DNA from: Camelus dromedarius
Taxonomy: Eukaryota
Assembly (NCBI RefSeq): GCF_036321535.1
Contig: NC_087436.1
Coordinates: 53,508,001-53,572,000 of the forward strand
DNA length: 64,000 nucleotides
Direction: 5' to 3'
Part shown: positions 1-15,642 of the stretch, in pieces
Numbering within the stretch: the stretch's first letter is position 1
Layout: every line of letters begins with the position of its first letter
Position numbers and translations under genes: made by a program
Notes under the pieces: generated by a model
What the model was told of the DNA's origin: nothing
The model's database searches: none
The model's input: the letters and a program-made list of their open reading frames with translations, nothing else

Positions 1-354
1 GAGATGGCAAAGTATTTCCAGAGGCATTGTAACCACTACATTCACGTGGAACAACAAAGGAACCTCTGAGAAAATGATCTAGTCTCCCATAAACAAGTCC
101 TATTTTACTTGGATGTTTTTATGCAGTGGTAGTCATAGCATACATAATTTCTCTTTCCATATTGCCACACAATCTTCAGACTAATAATTTTTAAATAGTT
201 GCATACAATAGAATTTATAGAATGTACTATAATTTTATTGGCATGTCTATTATTGAAAATTCAAAATAAGTTCCCTCAATTACAAAAAAAATTACAATCA
301 ATAATACATGCCTATAAATTTTCCTTTATTCAACGACACACTACTGTATTTCTC

Positions 355-590
355 ACAGCAGTATAAATAGTCAAGAGCATAAAGAAGCAGATTGTGTTGA
401 CTGAAAATGCCAACTCCGTTACTTACAGGCTGTGTAACACTGGGCAACTGAACCTCTCTCTGCCTCAATTTCCTTATCTAAAAGATGGAGATGAGTAGCA
501 TCCACCACATGGAGTTGCTGGGGAGACTGAGTTAGTAAAAGCAGCATGTAAAAGAGCACCTGGCCTACAGGAAGCGTTCACACTGCTATC
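355..590 (+). mobile_element. MIR SINE
   Basis: MIR core ctgtgt..ctgggcaa..aacctctctctgcctcaatttccttatctaaaagatggagatg. Confidence 0.7.
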
Positions 591-605
591 AGTGCATACT
601 ATATA

Positions 606-950
606 CAGCAGAGCCCAAACAATGCAGGGGCGGGGGGCAGGGGGGCGGTTAGGGACACTGACCCCCTGGGCAGTCAAAAATCCACATAAAATTTGCCTCC
701 CTCAAAACTTCACTAATACCCTACTGTTGACCAGAAGCCTTACCAACAACAGAAACAAGTCAGTTAACGTATTTTTTATGTTATATGTAGTATATACTGT
801 ATTCTTACAATAAAGTAAGCTAGAGAAATTATTTTAAAAATTGCAAGGAAGAGAAAATATATTTACAGTACATACATGTATTTACTGAAAAAAAATCCAC
901 ATATAAGTGGACCCATGTAGTTCAAACCTGTGTTGTTCAAGGATCAACTG
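606..950. mobile_element. TcMar-Tigger non-autonomous DNA transposon (Tigger2a/MER28-like)
   Basis: Right end GTTGTTCAAGGATCAACTG|TA, degenerate left end TA|CAG; internal sequence typical of Tigger2 derivatives. Confidence 0.8.
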
Positions 951-1715
951 TATTTTATAAAATATAGAACTGTATTTTATAAAATATGGAACATTCCAAA
1001 AATCAGGATTTATAAAACTCCAAATAAAAAAAATTTTTAACATTTTTAAAGCTCAAGACACACTGTCAAATTTCCTTTCAAAAGGATTGTCCCAATTTAC
1101 AATAACACCACGTTTAAAAAAAAAAAAAAAAAGGACCAATTTCACATAGGCAATGGACATAAACACCGAACTTACGGCTTGCATCTGTTTGACTACCACG
1201 GCAGGTTTAACTAGTTTTCCATGTGATTTACTAACTAGTTATTGCTCTCCTATTATGAACAACCTAATCATATCAAGTGTAAACTCATCTACTACAGTGG
1301 TTTAAGGTCTCTCCTTGGTGGACATGCAATCTTTATTTAAAAAGTATCCCTCTATCATATTTACTACAAATATGTATCTGGTCTATTTACAGCCTTGGTA
1401 TTGTAGATACAAAAGGGAACTTTCTCTACTAAAGTAGTTTCAAAAGTAATATTCTTTCTTATTTCAGAATACTTGATGCATGTGGTGGCATGATTTACTT
1501 AAAGCACTAATAATATTATTCCTCTTATAAAAGCTCAACTAAAATGTTATGAAATGTGAGGTTTCAAGCTTACCTCAGACCTCAATATCATAGATACTTA
1601 AAAATGGGAATAATGACTACTGAATATTTTCTATATTTGAACCAAAATAAAAATCTGCTTTCAAATTAGCTTGACCAAGTGTAGCTATTCAGAACTTATG
1701 TGTACTTAACTTTTA

Positions 1716-1862
<147 letters not shown>

Positions 1863-2778
1863 TTAAAAAAAACAAACAAACACTTCATACATTCAAGAAA
1901 TGAAACAAACAGGAATGAGTACCCTTTGCACTACCTTAGATCTTGTGGGATACTGATAAAATGAATCTCACCTTGAATATTATAATCCTGAATTTTCATT
2001 TTACAACCATTACCCACCAATAAATGTGTATGTATGTATGTGTGTAAATATATAAATAAAATTGGACTAATTAGCAAACAGCTCAATAAGTAAGCCTGAC
2101 CAATTTCTATGTGAAAATGTACACCCTAAGTAATCTAAACTGATCAACTGATGAAGGCTGAGTACCCTCACATTTCTTTCATGAGGAAGGGGAGGGAGGG
2201 AAAAGACTTTCCTCAAAGAATCACAGCAAAGAAGTGACAGAAATATAAATTTCCCCAAATTATCAAAGAAAACTACTTTTAAACAATGAATAAAATCACT
2301 TTTAAACACTGAATAAAAACTTTAAGGACTACATCTAAATAAACAACATAATGTAACAATTATTTTTCCTTAGAAAAATATAAACATATGATTTCACTTA
2401 ATAAGTTCCAGCCACTACACTATCATATTTCACAGGTATTTCACAGCAGGAGCTTTAGCTTAACTTTATATAAACCTTAAACTTTACCCTATGTTATGAT
2501 GACTCATGAAAATAAAATGACAAAATACCATAAAAACCTCGTTCTTTAAAAAAAAAAAAAAAGGCAGGGTAAAGGAAATAAACTGTCAACTAAATATATA
2601 TTACCTGCCATATTAATTTTCAAATAAGCTACTTAAGTAGAAAACAATTACTGCATAAAATTACATTCTAACAAAAGTTTAATGAAAAGTATGGCTAGTT
2701 ACAGTCTTATAATGTAACATTTGCTACCTTTGTTAAGTAAATGAGTAAATCATTGACTTCATGTCTCATAACTGCTTA

Positions 2779-2958
<180 letters not shown>

Positions 2959-3339
2959 TCAGCATAAGTATCTCTCTGATGATAATAATAATAGTCAAGT
3001 CTCATTATTTCACACAATGGTTATTTCCTAATATGGGTGGGTCTGGGTCAGATTTCTTTTTTAAAATATTTTCAGCATGAAATTTGCTAAAACTGAAGAA
3101 AGGAAGAATTCTAAAGAACAAATTTCAGATTTGTTAGAAGTCAGTCAAGATGGAGTACTTATTATTTTGACAGGCAGTGTGCTAATAATAATAAGGTCAG
3201 TTCAGTGATTCACATTTAAGTAGTACCATACAATTTACAGCTGCTTTCAAGATCATCATATCATAAAGCAACAATACACCAACAACTGATGAATTAATTA
3301 CATGCATTTTTTCTTTTTAAACTGGAACTCAAGACAGTG

Positions 3340-5460
3340 TTAAAATATATAGTATACCATGACTTGAGTGAGATTCATATTGGAAAGGCAAGGATAGTCT
3401 AATAGTAACAAATCTATTACTATAACTCATCATAGCCATAGATAAAAGAGGAAAAAATAAATGATCATCTAGAAAGATAATTCTTATAATGTGGCCAGCT
3501 ACCACCTTTACATGATAAATATAAATCTCAAGCCAAGAACCAACATCATGGAATGCCCACTATCAGCACTAGAATTTTTAGCACTGTTCTGACAGTACTA
3601 GCAGATTTATTAAACAAGGGAAAGAAATAAGACATACAAAATTACAAAATTACAAGGAAAAGGACAAAATCCTTGTCAATTTCAGATACAATTACATGTC
3701 ACTAGAACAAGGGAAAACCTGGTGAATGACTAGAAATAAGAATTCAGCAAGTTGGCAGATTATAAAAATCAATAACCTTCCCATATACAAACAATAAGCT
3801 AGAAAATACAGAGGATGCTATTCACAAAAATAAAGTATCCAGGAATAAACTTGGTAACATTAAGACCTAATCAAGGAAATTTTAAAACACACTGAAAGAC
3901 ATAAAAGAAGACTTAAATAAAATGGAAAAACATACTCTGTTATTGGACAGGAAGACTCAATACTGTAAAGGTGTCAATTCTTTCAAAATTAGTCTATAAA
4001 TTTAATACTATCCCAATAAAAAGTGGTAACAGGACATTTTTGGGAACGAGACAAGCTGATTTCAAATTTCACATGGAAAAACAAACATGCAAGAATAGCC
4101 AGGAAAATTCTGAAAAAGAGGAAAGGTGGGGGCAACAAGGCCTACCAAATATTAAAACAATTATATAGCTACAATAATTAAGAGTTTGGCAATGGCACAT
4201 GATTAGACACATGGGTTAACGAAACAGAACAGAATCCAAAACTAGATCCAAAGACTTGTGATAATTTAATATAATGATATAGGTTGCATTTTTAAATCAG
4301 TAAGAAAAAGACTGCTTTTTGTTTGTTTGTTTATTTGTTTGTTTTTAAAGTAACTAGTGATGTGACAACCAGATATTCTTCTGGGAAAAAACAAAAGTTG
4401 CATCCCTACTTAACTCCTAATAATAAACAAGTTTCAGATAGATCAAAAATGTTATTACATACAAAAAGAGTGAAACCATAAAAACAGTAGAAGAAAATAT
4501 GGGAAAATACTTTTATAATCTCTGAACTAAAAAAGGTCCTTCTAAGTCATAGATACCTTAAAGGAAAACACTGATAAATTTTATTACAGAAGAATGTTGA
4601 AAATCTGTCACCAATGTAATGCTATAAACAAAGACAAAATGTAAATGTCGGACTGGGGAAAAATCCATTTACAGCACATACATCAAGAGATTATCTTCCT
4701 TAATATAGAAAGAACACCTATAAGTCAGTATGGAAAAAAATCAGTAATCTAACTGGGGAAAAAAGGCTAAATATATGAATAGACAGTTCAAAAGGAAAGA
4801 AAATACAAATAATTTTTAACATATAAAGAGACGCTCAACTTTACTCACAGTTTAAAAATGCAAATTAAAATAACTACAAAATACCACTTTTCATCTTTCA
4901 GATTAGCACAGATCATAAAACTTGGTAAAATGCTGTGCTGGGGAAAATACAGGAAAAGAGACTCCCATATGTTTTTAATGGGAGTAACAACTGGCAAAAT
5001 CTTTGACATCTGCAGTATCTCTCAAAATAAAAAATGCACATATCCTTTGATCCAGTTGTTTCACTTTAGGCAACTAACCTACAGAAACACTCACAGAAAG
5101 AGGTAATTACAAGAACAGTTACTACAGTCAAACTGGTAGAAGTAAAACCAGGAAATAATCTAAACATACATTAGTAGGAGTCTGGTTTAATAAATTATGA
5201 CACATCCACATAATGGAATATTTCAGTCATAAAAAAAAAGAAAATATTTTATATACGCTTATGTGGAATATTTACAATACAATACAACAAGGTGAAAAGG
5301 TGTGTAGTTTGTTCATTCCGTGTATAACTAAATGGGAGCGTGTTAATGTGGGTACACACAACAAATATCTCTGGAAAATTCTGCAAGAAATCATTAATAG
5401 TAATTACTTCCACGGAACAGTACTTACTTTTCACTGTGTAACATTTTATCCTATTTAAAA
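3340..5460 (+). mobile_element. Old degraded L1 (ORF2 and 3' part, L1M-type)
   Basis: A-rich; ORF2-like peptides (SILSKLVYKFNTIPIK, MQIKITTKYHF) in several frames. Confidence 0.8.
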
Positions 5461-6308
5461 CTTACCTTATCTATGTACTTCTTAAACATAAAATTTAAAA
5501 CTGCATTCAAGAATATTAAACACAGAATAATGAAATTACACACCCTCTACAGCATTCTATCATTCAGACTTCTCCTTCAATTTATCTGAAACAGTGGACT
5601 TAAACTAAATTTTAAAATTATATTCATAAGAGCTTAATATGGTTCCCTACTTCTTAGTGAAAAAAGCAAAGGTAGTTTAGCTTAGTAGATTAAACCATCT
5701 GTGACATGAAAAATCAATAATCTCACATAATCCAACTTAAACCTGTGCTGCAAATTACCCATCTTCTCTATGTGTCTCACTATCAACTCTAAGTAGAGAA
5801 GACAAGAGAATCCACCTCCGGAGTGCTGAAAGTATTAAACGGAGTAACACATGTAAAGAACATGGCACAGTGCCTGACACAGGTATGAAAAAATAAGCCT
5901 CAGTTACAGAAGCATCATCATCACCATTACTACAGTCATCATCCTCATTCCTACTACTTCTATTACTGCTACAGTCCAGAGTCTTTAGTTAGGCCTTCAT
6001 TCCAGGCCTCTACCACCTGTTTTCATCTTGACAAATATTATTTAGGAGAACATATTAAAATCAAAACTTATTTAAAATCTGGAATTTGATATAACAATAC
6101 AAAATGCAATAATATTATGTTGAATGTAGCTTTTAATAGCTACATAAACAATGTTTCAGAATTGATTATATTTTAATGGGAGGAGAGAATCTTTAATTCT
6201 CTCAAATGTTCTACTATGTCTTTAAAAAAGTATATTTACACTTACTAGAGATGCAGCACTAAAATTTTTCTCCTAAAAAAGCACTCCTTTCCCTTCCAGT
6301 AGTCATCA

Positions 6309-6413
<105 letters not shown>

Positions 6414-7341
6414 CTAAAAATATCAAAGGGGGTAGTTAGAACTGATTCAATTATGAAAGTAGCTTTCATTATTAAAATTTACTAACTAAATAAAAGTGAA
6501 GGAAAAAACACCAAAGGAAAAAAAAGTTCATTCATTTCATTTAAACAGAAAAAAGTTTTAACTGACTTCTTAAATACCACAACGTATCTATTTCACGAAG
6601 ATCTAGCTTGACTGTTCTAGTGCTAATGCCACCCCCTTTCCTAGGATACAAAAGAACCAGGGAGAGTGACCAAGGCCGTTAAGGATTTCAGATTACACAC
6701 AGACAAGGAAGATGCCCATGTCATTCCAAACAATCTGGTGAGCCAAAAACAGTAATAATATCTCAAATATACACCAATATGTTCCTGATCATAATTATCT
6801 CTGGGAGCTATGGCTAAAGAAACTTTATGTTTTTGATGTATTTCCAAACTTTAAAAATGAAAGACGTATTATTCCTTTTATAAAAACAAAACATCAGTAA
6901 AAAAATTTTTAAATATTTAAGGATGACAAATAAATTTCAAGTCAATCCCTATGTTAAGACTCTGAAGTCAGTCTGCCAAGAACACAGAAAGAAGCAGGAG
7001 TGGCGGAAAAGCCGTATCTAAATTTAGGCAAATAGCACAGTAAAAAATTTCAGGAAAGTAGGAATATGCACTACCATTACGCCAGCCTAGAAATATCTAT
7101 TCTAGCTCATTCTTTTTTAGAAATTAAGTAAGTCTTAATCCTTCATCTAAAATTTTTTCTACTGTATCCATGACTGCCAATTCTCCCTTACTAACTTCCA
7201 AATAATGTACCATAAAAGCTAAAAACCTAGAATGTAAACTTAATCCTTAATATAATTCATAATTAAATTACAAGTATCATTTTTAAGAAACCGAAAATTC
7301 TGAAAACTGGTTTTTAAAAATGTTAAATTTTTATTACCTTA

Positions 7342-7503
<162 letters not shown>

Positions 7504-9154
7504 TCAAGCCTCTAAACAGCAGCACGCTTTTAACTATCAGTGTTTGGAAACCAAGCCAACGAGCCCAGGCACAAAATCCAGCAAACTACCCCCCAGCCTA
7601 AATCGCCAAAGCCACTGCTTTCTTGCTATGTCCACAGCCCTACGACTCCTCGAAGACCTAAGTGTCTGGGGAGAAAAAGCCCAGTCGAAACATATTCTCG
7701 GCTTTTCCACAATGTCGGACAGAAACAGCTCGTAGTCAAACTCCTTTTCTCAGGGAAATGCTAAACACGTCCTCCGTACAATGTCAACTTATAAAAAGCC
7801 TGTTTTTTAAAATATAAAATCTGAACCTAGGCAAAACTTCCCACTAAGAGCAGATACTACAAATGCATTTTGTGCTCTTACTAAAAGAACAGATCCTAAA
7901 TAATCCCAAAGCAAATTTAAAGTAAAAAAAAAGCCTCACTTAGCTGATGAGTAACTTTCAAGTCAATAGTTTATGCTGCTTTGAAAATTTTATGAGTATC
8001 ATTTGCCTTTTCTCAGGAAGGGGATAATAGAAGGAAGTAGGAAAGAAAGATAAGGGAACAGCCAATAGAAAGTTACTGCAAATTTATTAGAAAAATTAAG
8101 AATCAAACACACACCCTACTATCAGGTTAGTTAGTTAATATATAATGTTATATTTACTGAAATGCACCTAAAAATCTTTTTCACACAGAACAGAACCTCA
8201 GTGGTGTCTAATGTCAGCACACTGATGGCCTCTCTTATCACAAACTAAAAACTACTAAGACTTCAAATAGCAGAAAGTCAAATCCCTCTGTCCCAAGTAG
8301 CAGCCTATACACCTCCCGATGCATATCAATCCTTTCCTGATTACTGTCACGCTATTATAGGTTTTAAAGGTCAGACTTCAAATAATTTTGGCAATATACA
8401 AGAAAAATAAAAGAAAAAAATTTCTCCCTTTTAAGCAATCTATTTAAGACACAAAATGGGGAGAATAGATGAAGCCATATCATGTTAAGCTAAAGAGGAA
8501 CGGTGAAATGAGTGAAGGCGGTCAAAAGGTACAAAATTCATCATATGATAAATATGTTCTGGGGATATAGTATCCAGCATAGTGACTGAAGTAAACAACA
8601 ACAACAACAACAACAAAACAATCTAGTCTAATTTCCTCATTTTACAGATGAGGAAACTGAGGCAGTATATGGTTCACATGCTCAGAGAAATGTGGAAATG
8701 CTAGTTCCCAGTTCAGGACTCTCTCCACAGAGCATGTGGTCGGTCAGTTTGGGACTGAAAGGCCCTTGAGGTGCAACTGACAAGAATGTAAAAATGCAGC
8801 CAATCCATCCACATTATTCTGGAAGAGAATACAATTACAACATTACATATAAAGTAAAGGAACAGAAAAGAATAAAAAATAAGAATAGAAAAGGAAAAGA
8901 GAGGCTCTAGTATGCTACTGAATTTTAGATATCTTTCTCCCCTATGAAGTTCAAGAAAGCCTCTGTGAATGTTAATATCAATAGGAAAACTATTTCCATC
9001 CCAGGACAAAGATGGACTCTTCATTGCCACTAGGGTCAAACACACAGAAAATAGTTCAAAATGCAGGCCAACTGATACCTGATTTAGCTATGACTATATC
9101 AGGTGCTTTTGTATGAATTATGAACCTCAAGAATAATTCTCACCTGTGATGGAG

Positions 9155-9301
9155 AAAGGGAGGGTGTATAGCTCAGTGGTAGAGTGCGTGCTTAGTACAC
9201 ATGAGGTCCTGGGTTCAATCCCCAGTACCTCCACTTAAAAAGAAATAAATCTAATTACCTCCCCTGCACCCCCAAATAACAAAAACAGAAAGAAAAAAAC
9301 T
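9155..9301 (+). mobile_element. Vic-1-type tRNA-Ala-derived SINE
   Basis: A box TAGCTCAGTGG, B box GGTTCAATCC, A-rich tail; TSD ataattctcacctg (9133-9146) / ataattttcacctg (9302-9315). Confidence 0.9.
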
Positions 9302-9665
9302 ATAATTTTCACCTGAAACACAGGACAGAATAGCAATCAAGATGCAAGACTTTTGGCTTTATCACACTCCTAAGGAGGGTCCAGGGGAAAGGAAGGATGT
9401 AAAACCTTTTAAAGCTTCCTGCCAATCTGGATTCCAAACCTTCTACCGTCTGTTTTCAAAAGAGAATTGAAAGCAAACCTCCAACAAAACCTAAAAGCTA
9501 TGTAGACAAGTAAGAATGAAATATGGCAAGTTCTCTTCTAATCTCTTGGTATAACCTATTTCAGGAAATTTACAATTCCAAAGTAAGTTAGTTTACATTT
9601 TAGGATCAATTTGATCTAACCTTAGGTCCTAGACACATAATAGATACTTAATAAATATGAACTGG

Positions 9666-9791
9666 GTAATCTATAATGAAAAAGAACATGAAAACAAATA
9701 TATGTATGTGTACGTATGACTGAAACATTATGTTGTACACCCGAAATTCACACAACATTGTAAACTGACTATACTACAATTAAAAAAAAAA
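9666..9791 (+). mobile_element. Severely 5'-truncated young L1 3' end
   Basis: L1 terminus ..cacaacattgtaaactgactatactacaatt plus poly(A). Confidence 0.8.
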
Positions 9792-10769
9792 ATGAATTGG
9801 ACTGGGGGTTGGAACAAAACTGCATACTAACTGGTCTTTTTCAAAAGACTGTGAAAGCACAGGATAGCATAAATCAACACCTTTAAGCTGTCTTTCAAAC
9901 ATCACAATGCAATAGAGCCAGGTGAGCTGCAAGTAGTGTCAAAGAGTATGTGATTTGTGCAAGGTCAGGCCCCAAGTACATCACCCACTTCTTTCAGATT
10001 CTGTGCAGGCCACCACCCCCAGCCAGCTGATACCAAACAACTGCACATATCTAAGCTTCTCCCAGGACAGAATTTTCTGATCACAATTCTGACTCAGTTC
10101 CCCTGGAGATGATTATTAAATGATTGTTGAGCACTTACCATGCACTGTACACATGCTAAGCACTTTACATGGATTTGTTTATTTAACCCTCACAACAAAC
10201 CTATGATTTCAACATTTTGGAGGTGAGGCTTAAAGTAAGTAATACATGCTCACAAAGCTGGCTGGGACCAGTTCTGAAATATCACCTAATACCTTCAATT
10301 CCTTCCCTCTGCAATCTAAAAATCAAGCACACAAGTTCGGAGGAGTAGAATAAAAAGTATTATTTAGAGGTTTGTTGGGGTTTTTTTTTTAATGGAGTTT
10401 TTACATCACATTTTTGGCTAGTCAAAAGATATTTGTCAAACGCTTCCACCTTTTACTTTAGGAAAATGGAAGACAAAGAAACACATTGAACATTATCAGC
10501 GACATATTTAAAAAGTATACAATTTATAGTATTGAGATGTTAAGTGCTACAACTTTTACAGATCTGACTAAAAGTAAGCACTACTATGTATACTCTGGCA
10601 GCAGACACATGTGGGAAACAGGCACTTAAGCATCACTATTAACATGCCTTTAGGGGCTTTACAATCTAACTGGGCTTCTTTACTTTGACACATAAAACAT
10701 AAATTTTGCCCTTGAGTCATTTAACTCACACTTGAAATTTTCCTAAGTCCTGATTAGCTTCTGCAATCA

Positions 10770-10980
10770 AGAAAACTCCAGGTCCTGGTGGTTTCACTGG
10801 GTTGAATCCTACTAAACATTTACAGAGGAAATGACACTAATTCTACGCAACCTCTTCCAGCAAATGGAAGAGGAAAACATTTCCCATTCTATTAGCCCAG
10901 GATTATTCTAATGCCAAAACCAGTCAAAGACATTAAAAGCAAATTACAGACCAATAGCCCAAATGAACATAAATCTAAAT
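10770..10980 (+). mobile_element. L1 ORF2 fragment
   Basis: ccaggtcctggtggtttcactgg..ctcttccagcaaatggaagagg..ccaaaaccagtcaaagacatt, the region preceding the RT domain. Confidence 0.7.
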
Positions 10981-12872
10981 CAGTCATCTTTAATTAGAGA
11001 TCAGTACACATTACGCTTAAAAAGAAGAAAAAGCCTGAGAATATCATCTTCATAATACGAACCGCTTGCTATGTTATCTCACTATTAATTCTTGGAGTAA
11101 AGTGCTATCTTTTAAGATGCCCTGGTTCCTTCCCAGTCCAACATTCCTTTCCTCTAATTCCTTTCCCAACACTCTTCTCAGCTCTGGAGATCACACACGA
11201 TTCCCTCCTCTGCGACTGTCGTCCACAGTGGTGCAGTCGAGGTCAATTTATCAGTGGGGATGTGAAAGACACAGGCTGGCAAGCTGAGGGCTGTCTCTAT
11301 TCAACACAGCCCAAAGGGAACAAGAACATTAGGCGCACCCACTGCTGGAATCATCCCACAAGATCCAAAAGGGCACAATCTGAAAGATGGAACCATACTT
11401 CTAAATACTAGAATGGTAAGTAAAAACATTAACAGTCCAATGCAGTAATAATCATGCTCTTTTTACTTAGGGAAGGTCAGCTGTTTAATTCTCTTGCAGT
11501 GTAAGTCATAATGAAATAGCTCTACCCTTAGAAATCCAACAGTGAATAAACAATAAACACTTCAACGAGTTAGCAGACGCTCGGAGTAGAGACCCCATTC
11601 TAAGCTCTTTTAATAACATACTGTTTTACCTCAATCCTTCACTTCCCTGTGCTTTAACTTTCTGGGTATAAAATGTTAATCACTGGCTCAGAGAGCTCTA
11701 AAAATACCTAACACATTGGATATACAGTATTCAAAGTATGTGTGAATAAAGTTAAATGGCATTATTTAAATCTACCTTTATACTTTGATTTGAGGCTAAT
11801 AAATTCTGTCATTTATGCTTTTACAAACTCATTTATTCACAATCATTCCTCCTCATCTCTAACCACATTTCCTCCCACAATAGCCTAGCGTTTCCATTAA
11901 ATGTCGACTTCACTTTATACAGCCACAGAATATATGTCTTCTTTAATTTTTATTTCCTTTTCCTTCAAATGGTGGTTAAACTGACCTCAGTGAGATTTTT
12001 AAGGTACAGATACACATAAAACAATCTACCAAACTTTATTAAGTTGGCAAATTCCTTAAAAATATAAAGTAAATGAATAAAAAAATACCAAGATCAGTAA
12101 GTTGAAAAAGAAACCTTATACCAAGAACCATGTGCTATCAGCCAAGCCTTCATCCACTGGGATGGCAATGTTATAAGAACAGAATGCCCTTGGCAATTTT
12201 CAGGTAACTATGACGAGCTGTCCTGAACTAGCCACACCAGTGGCGTGAATTTACAGGATGAGTCACCAGAGCAGGAAAGGCCATTCGAATCGGCGATAGA
12301 TCAGTGTGGCTGACAGCAACAGCTAAGAAGCAGCCAACAGTTTATGGTGTCTCACCAGGTAACTTCAAAAAGAAAATTAAACATTAGACTGCAAGTAATA
12401 ACATCAAAACACCAAAGAAAAAAAAACAGTGATAACAATTTTGAGTTAGACAAAGCAATTTAAACTGAAACTAAACAAAAAAAAAAAAAAAAAAAGGATT
12501 TCTGATTAAATAAAGCCAGATCTCTTACGTGGCCCTGACTATAACCTGCAAACACTTCTAACAAAAGAAAGAGGGTGCCAGGCGCCAAAAGATTAGGACA
12601 ATCTCAGGTATTGCTCAAGTCAGATCCAACTATTGCAGCAACCATCTCATGTTTTCATGCTGCAAATGTGACACAAGATTAACAAAGATACTACTCAGCC
12701 ATATTTTATTTACATGATTACACACCACAAAGAATAAAAAATGTCTGAACTCTAACTTTCGGGATTATACTGTCAGAACATTTAAATATACACTTTCAGA
12801 ACTGGAAGAATTACTGTCTTCTACACAAAGCCACTTCTAAGACAAATGGTATAGGTGTGTGATTTTACTTAC

Positions 12873-12924
12873 TCGCTTTCTTATGTAGTAACTTGTGAGT
12901 AGCCCAACTTCCTTTAAAACATTC
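12873..12924 (-). CDS. METAP1: METAP1 coding exon 2 (ECFKGSWATHKLLHKKA + 1 nt)
   Basis: 52 nt; acceptor ttcttttag|GAA, donor GCGA|gtaagt; continues exon 1 in frame. Confidence 0.97.
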
Positions 12925-14105
12925 CTAAAAGAACAAACATGAAAATTAATGTCAGGCCTTCCTTAATTAGAAACATTTTACGGAATGTTGTATGTAAGAG
13001 TCATTGAAAACTCTGCTTGCAAAAATCAACATCCATAATTTCATTATGTTAAATATTTGGAAAAGCTTAATAAATGATACAACCTATTTTAAAATTCATT
13101 CCAAAAAGCAACCTAAACTTCAGATTACACACTTCAAATAAGCAAAAAAAAAAATTAGTCTATATTATAAATAGCAGTCACAGTTATATTTCAATTTTAC
13201 GAAGTATTTGAAAAGAATCCTGAACCAAGGAAGCAACCACACACTCAAGAGAAAAAACAAGGTAAATTTTGCAGATTCTTCCATGATTTACAGTAGTTCG
13301 ACTCCTAGTTAGTCATGCCCACTTTGTTTACTACGTGCTGACAAGCCCTACCAGGCTGAACTATAAGCTCCAAGAGGGAAGGGATTGTATCACGTTCACC
13401 TCTCTATCCCCAGAGCCAAGCAGAGTGCCTGGCAAGCAGTGGAGTTTCAGTAGCTGCATATTGATCATAATGGATAAATAATTAGAAAGACTAGACTTTT
13501 CACTTAGGAAAGTACGTTCATGTGACGTACTTCAGTACTGAATTGAGAAAATGAATTCAAACAGTAAACTGAATCAAGTGATGAACTTAATAAGAAAACT
13601 GAATTCAACCACAGATTTTATTTCTGCTTTGATTTTAATAGTCTTTCCTTCAAAGAATTTAAAATTACTCAAATAAATCATTACAAATACTAAGAAATTT
13701 CACAAATTTCTACAAATGTTTTGACTTTGCAAACACAAAAAAATTTGCATTTTTTTTTCACAGATAGGAACGCTAAGGAAAAAAAATAAAAGGAAAAAAA
13801 TCCCTAGGACTATGTGGTCAAAGTCCATCACACCAGTGATGCTAAAGCCGCTCTCCCTGCATCCATCACCCGAGGGCCTGGGAGAGGCTGGTCTCTCCCT
13901 CCCAGGCCCATATGCACCACCTCCCCTGTACCCGCTTCACATCTTCCACACACAGCAACAGCTGAGTCAAGCATCCCAGCTCATACCCATCACCTCCCAG
14001 TACCACCTCAAATGACTTCAGTGTATAAAAAGGTATCTGCAACATCAAAGATTTTTCAGTTTTGAAGATAAAACTGAGCTCAGTCTTTTGGGGAGAGTGG
14101 GAGAT

Positions 14106-14578
14106 ATGGTAGGCAGAATTACGGCACCTGAAGATGTCCATGTCCTGATCCTCAGGACCTGTGAATATGGTAATTTACAACTACAGTAAAGGGGAATTAA
14201 AGCTGCTTATCAGCTGACTTTGAGAGGAGAGATTATCCTGCTTCATCCAGATGAGACTAATGTAATCACAGGGTCCTTAAAAGGTGAGAGAGGAAGGCAG
14301 AGGAGTCAGAGAAAGATGTAATGATGGAAGCAGAGTCAGAGAGATGTCACATTACTGGCTTTCAAGAGGGAGGAAGGGAGCCACCAGCCAAGGAACTGCC
14401 TGAAAGGGGCAAAGAGAAGATTCTCCTAGAGCCTCCAGAGAGGAATGCTGACCTGCCAACACCTGACCTTAGCCTGAGCCCTGTGTCAGACATAGAGAAC
14501 CGTGAGATAAAAAAAAATGTGTGTTGTTCTAAGCCATCAAGTTTGCAATAATTTGTTGTGGCAGCCACAGAAAACAGA
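14106..14578 (+). mobile_element. MaLR solo LTR (MLT1D/E-like)
   Basis: Starts tatggtaggcagaatt..gatgtccatgtcctgatcc; ends aagccatcaagtttgcaataatttgttgtggcagccacagaaaac. Confidence 0.8.
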
Positions 14579-15497
14579 GGGAATACAGGAGGGAAAATAG
14601 AGTTATTCCCATCTGTTATCACTGCAAAAACCACTCACAACTGGCACAAATACCGGCTCCTCTCAACCCCAGAGTCACAGGAAATTGGTAGAAAAACAAA
14701 TGTTTCTTTTCTATGATTTTGCCATGAGAGGATTTTTATGACTAATCGAAAGTCCCAAGAACTAAATTGGGAATAAGTAATTCCTTCAGTATTAACCTTT
14801 CACAGAATAAGAAAAGTCAATGTTGAACTATAATACGACAATCATAATAACTATAAATTACCATTCACTTAATATGTGCACTATACACTTGTATCTCATT
14901 TCATCCTCACAACCTCCCCCCCGCAAGACAGATGGCACTGTCCCTATTTTACAAACGACAAATCAAGCTAGATATTTTGCCTATCACATAACAAAACCAA
15001 ACTTGGCAGAATCAGGACTCAAGCCCAGGATTATGTGACTACAGGTCATGCTTTCTCACTATTTCACAGTATGTGGATGGGTGGATGTTGGGGGTGCACA
15101 CTCAGTTCAAAGCACTGATTTTAGCACCAAACTTGGAACTAGAAAACATGGGTGTGATTAAGCTGTATCATGTACTGGCTACATCTTTATAAATCTTAAT
15201 TTTTATCTCTAAATCTAGACAATGATAATTACTAACCATTTTCATGGATCCTCAGTTGCCCCACCTATAAAATGGGGTTATCTCCAGGAGAAGATCAGAT
15301 AGCAGATTAAAGGAGATAATGTAAATAACATATATGAAAGTAGTTAAAGTATCTAGCACATAGCAAGTACCAATGTATGGGAGCCACTGACAGACATCCC
15401 AATGCTTACTTACCACCATGCCTGGCACTGAGCAGGTTTTCTCAACAGATGTTGGAAAACAAAGGTTACTGTGATCATATACAAAAAAGCCTTCTTC

Positions 15498-15642
15498 GGG
15501 GGGAGGGTATAGCTCAAGTGGTAGAGCGCATGCTTAGCATATATGAGGTCCTGAGTTCAATCCCCAGTACCTCCTCCAAAAATAAATAAATAAATAAAAC
15601 TAATTATCTCCCCCTACCAAAAAAAAGTAAAGCTTTGTGTCT
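15498..15642 (+). mobile_element. Vic-1-type SINE
   Basis: tRNA-Ala head, AAAT tail, TAATTATCTCCCCC extension; TSD-like aaaagccttct / aaaagtcttct. Confidence 0.9.
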
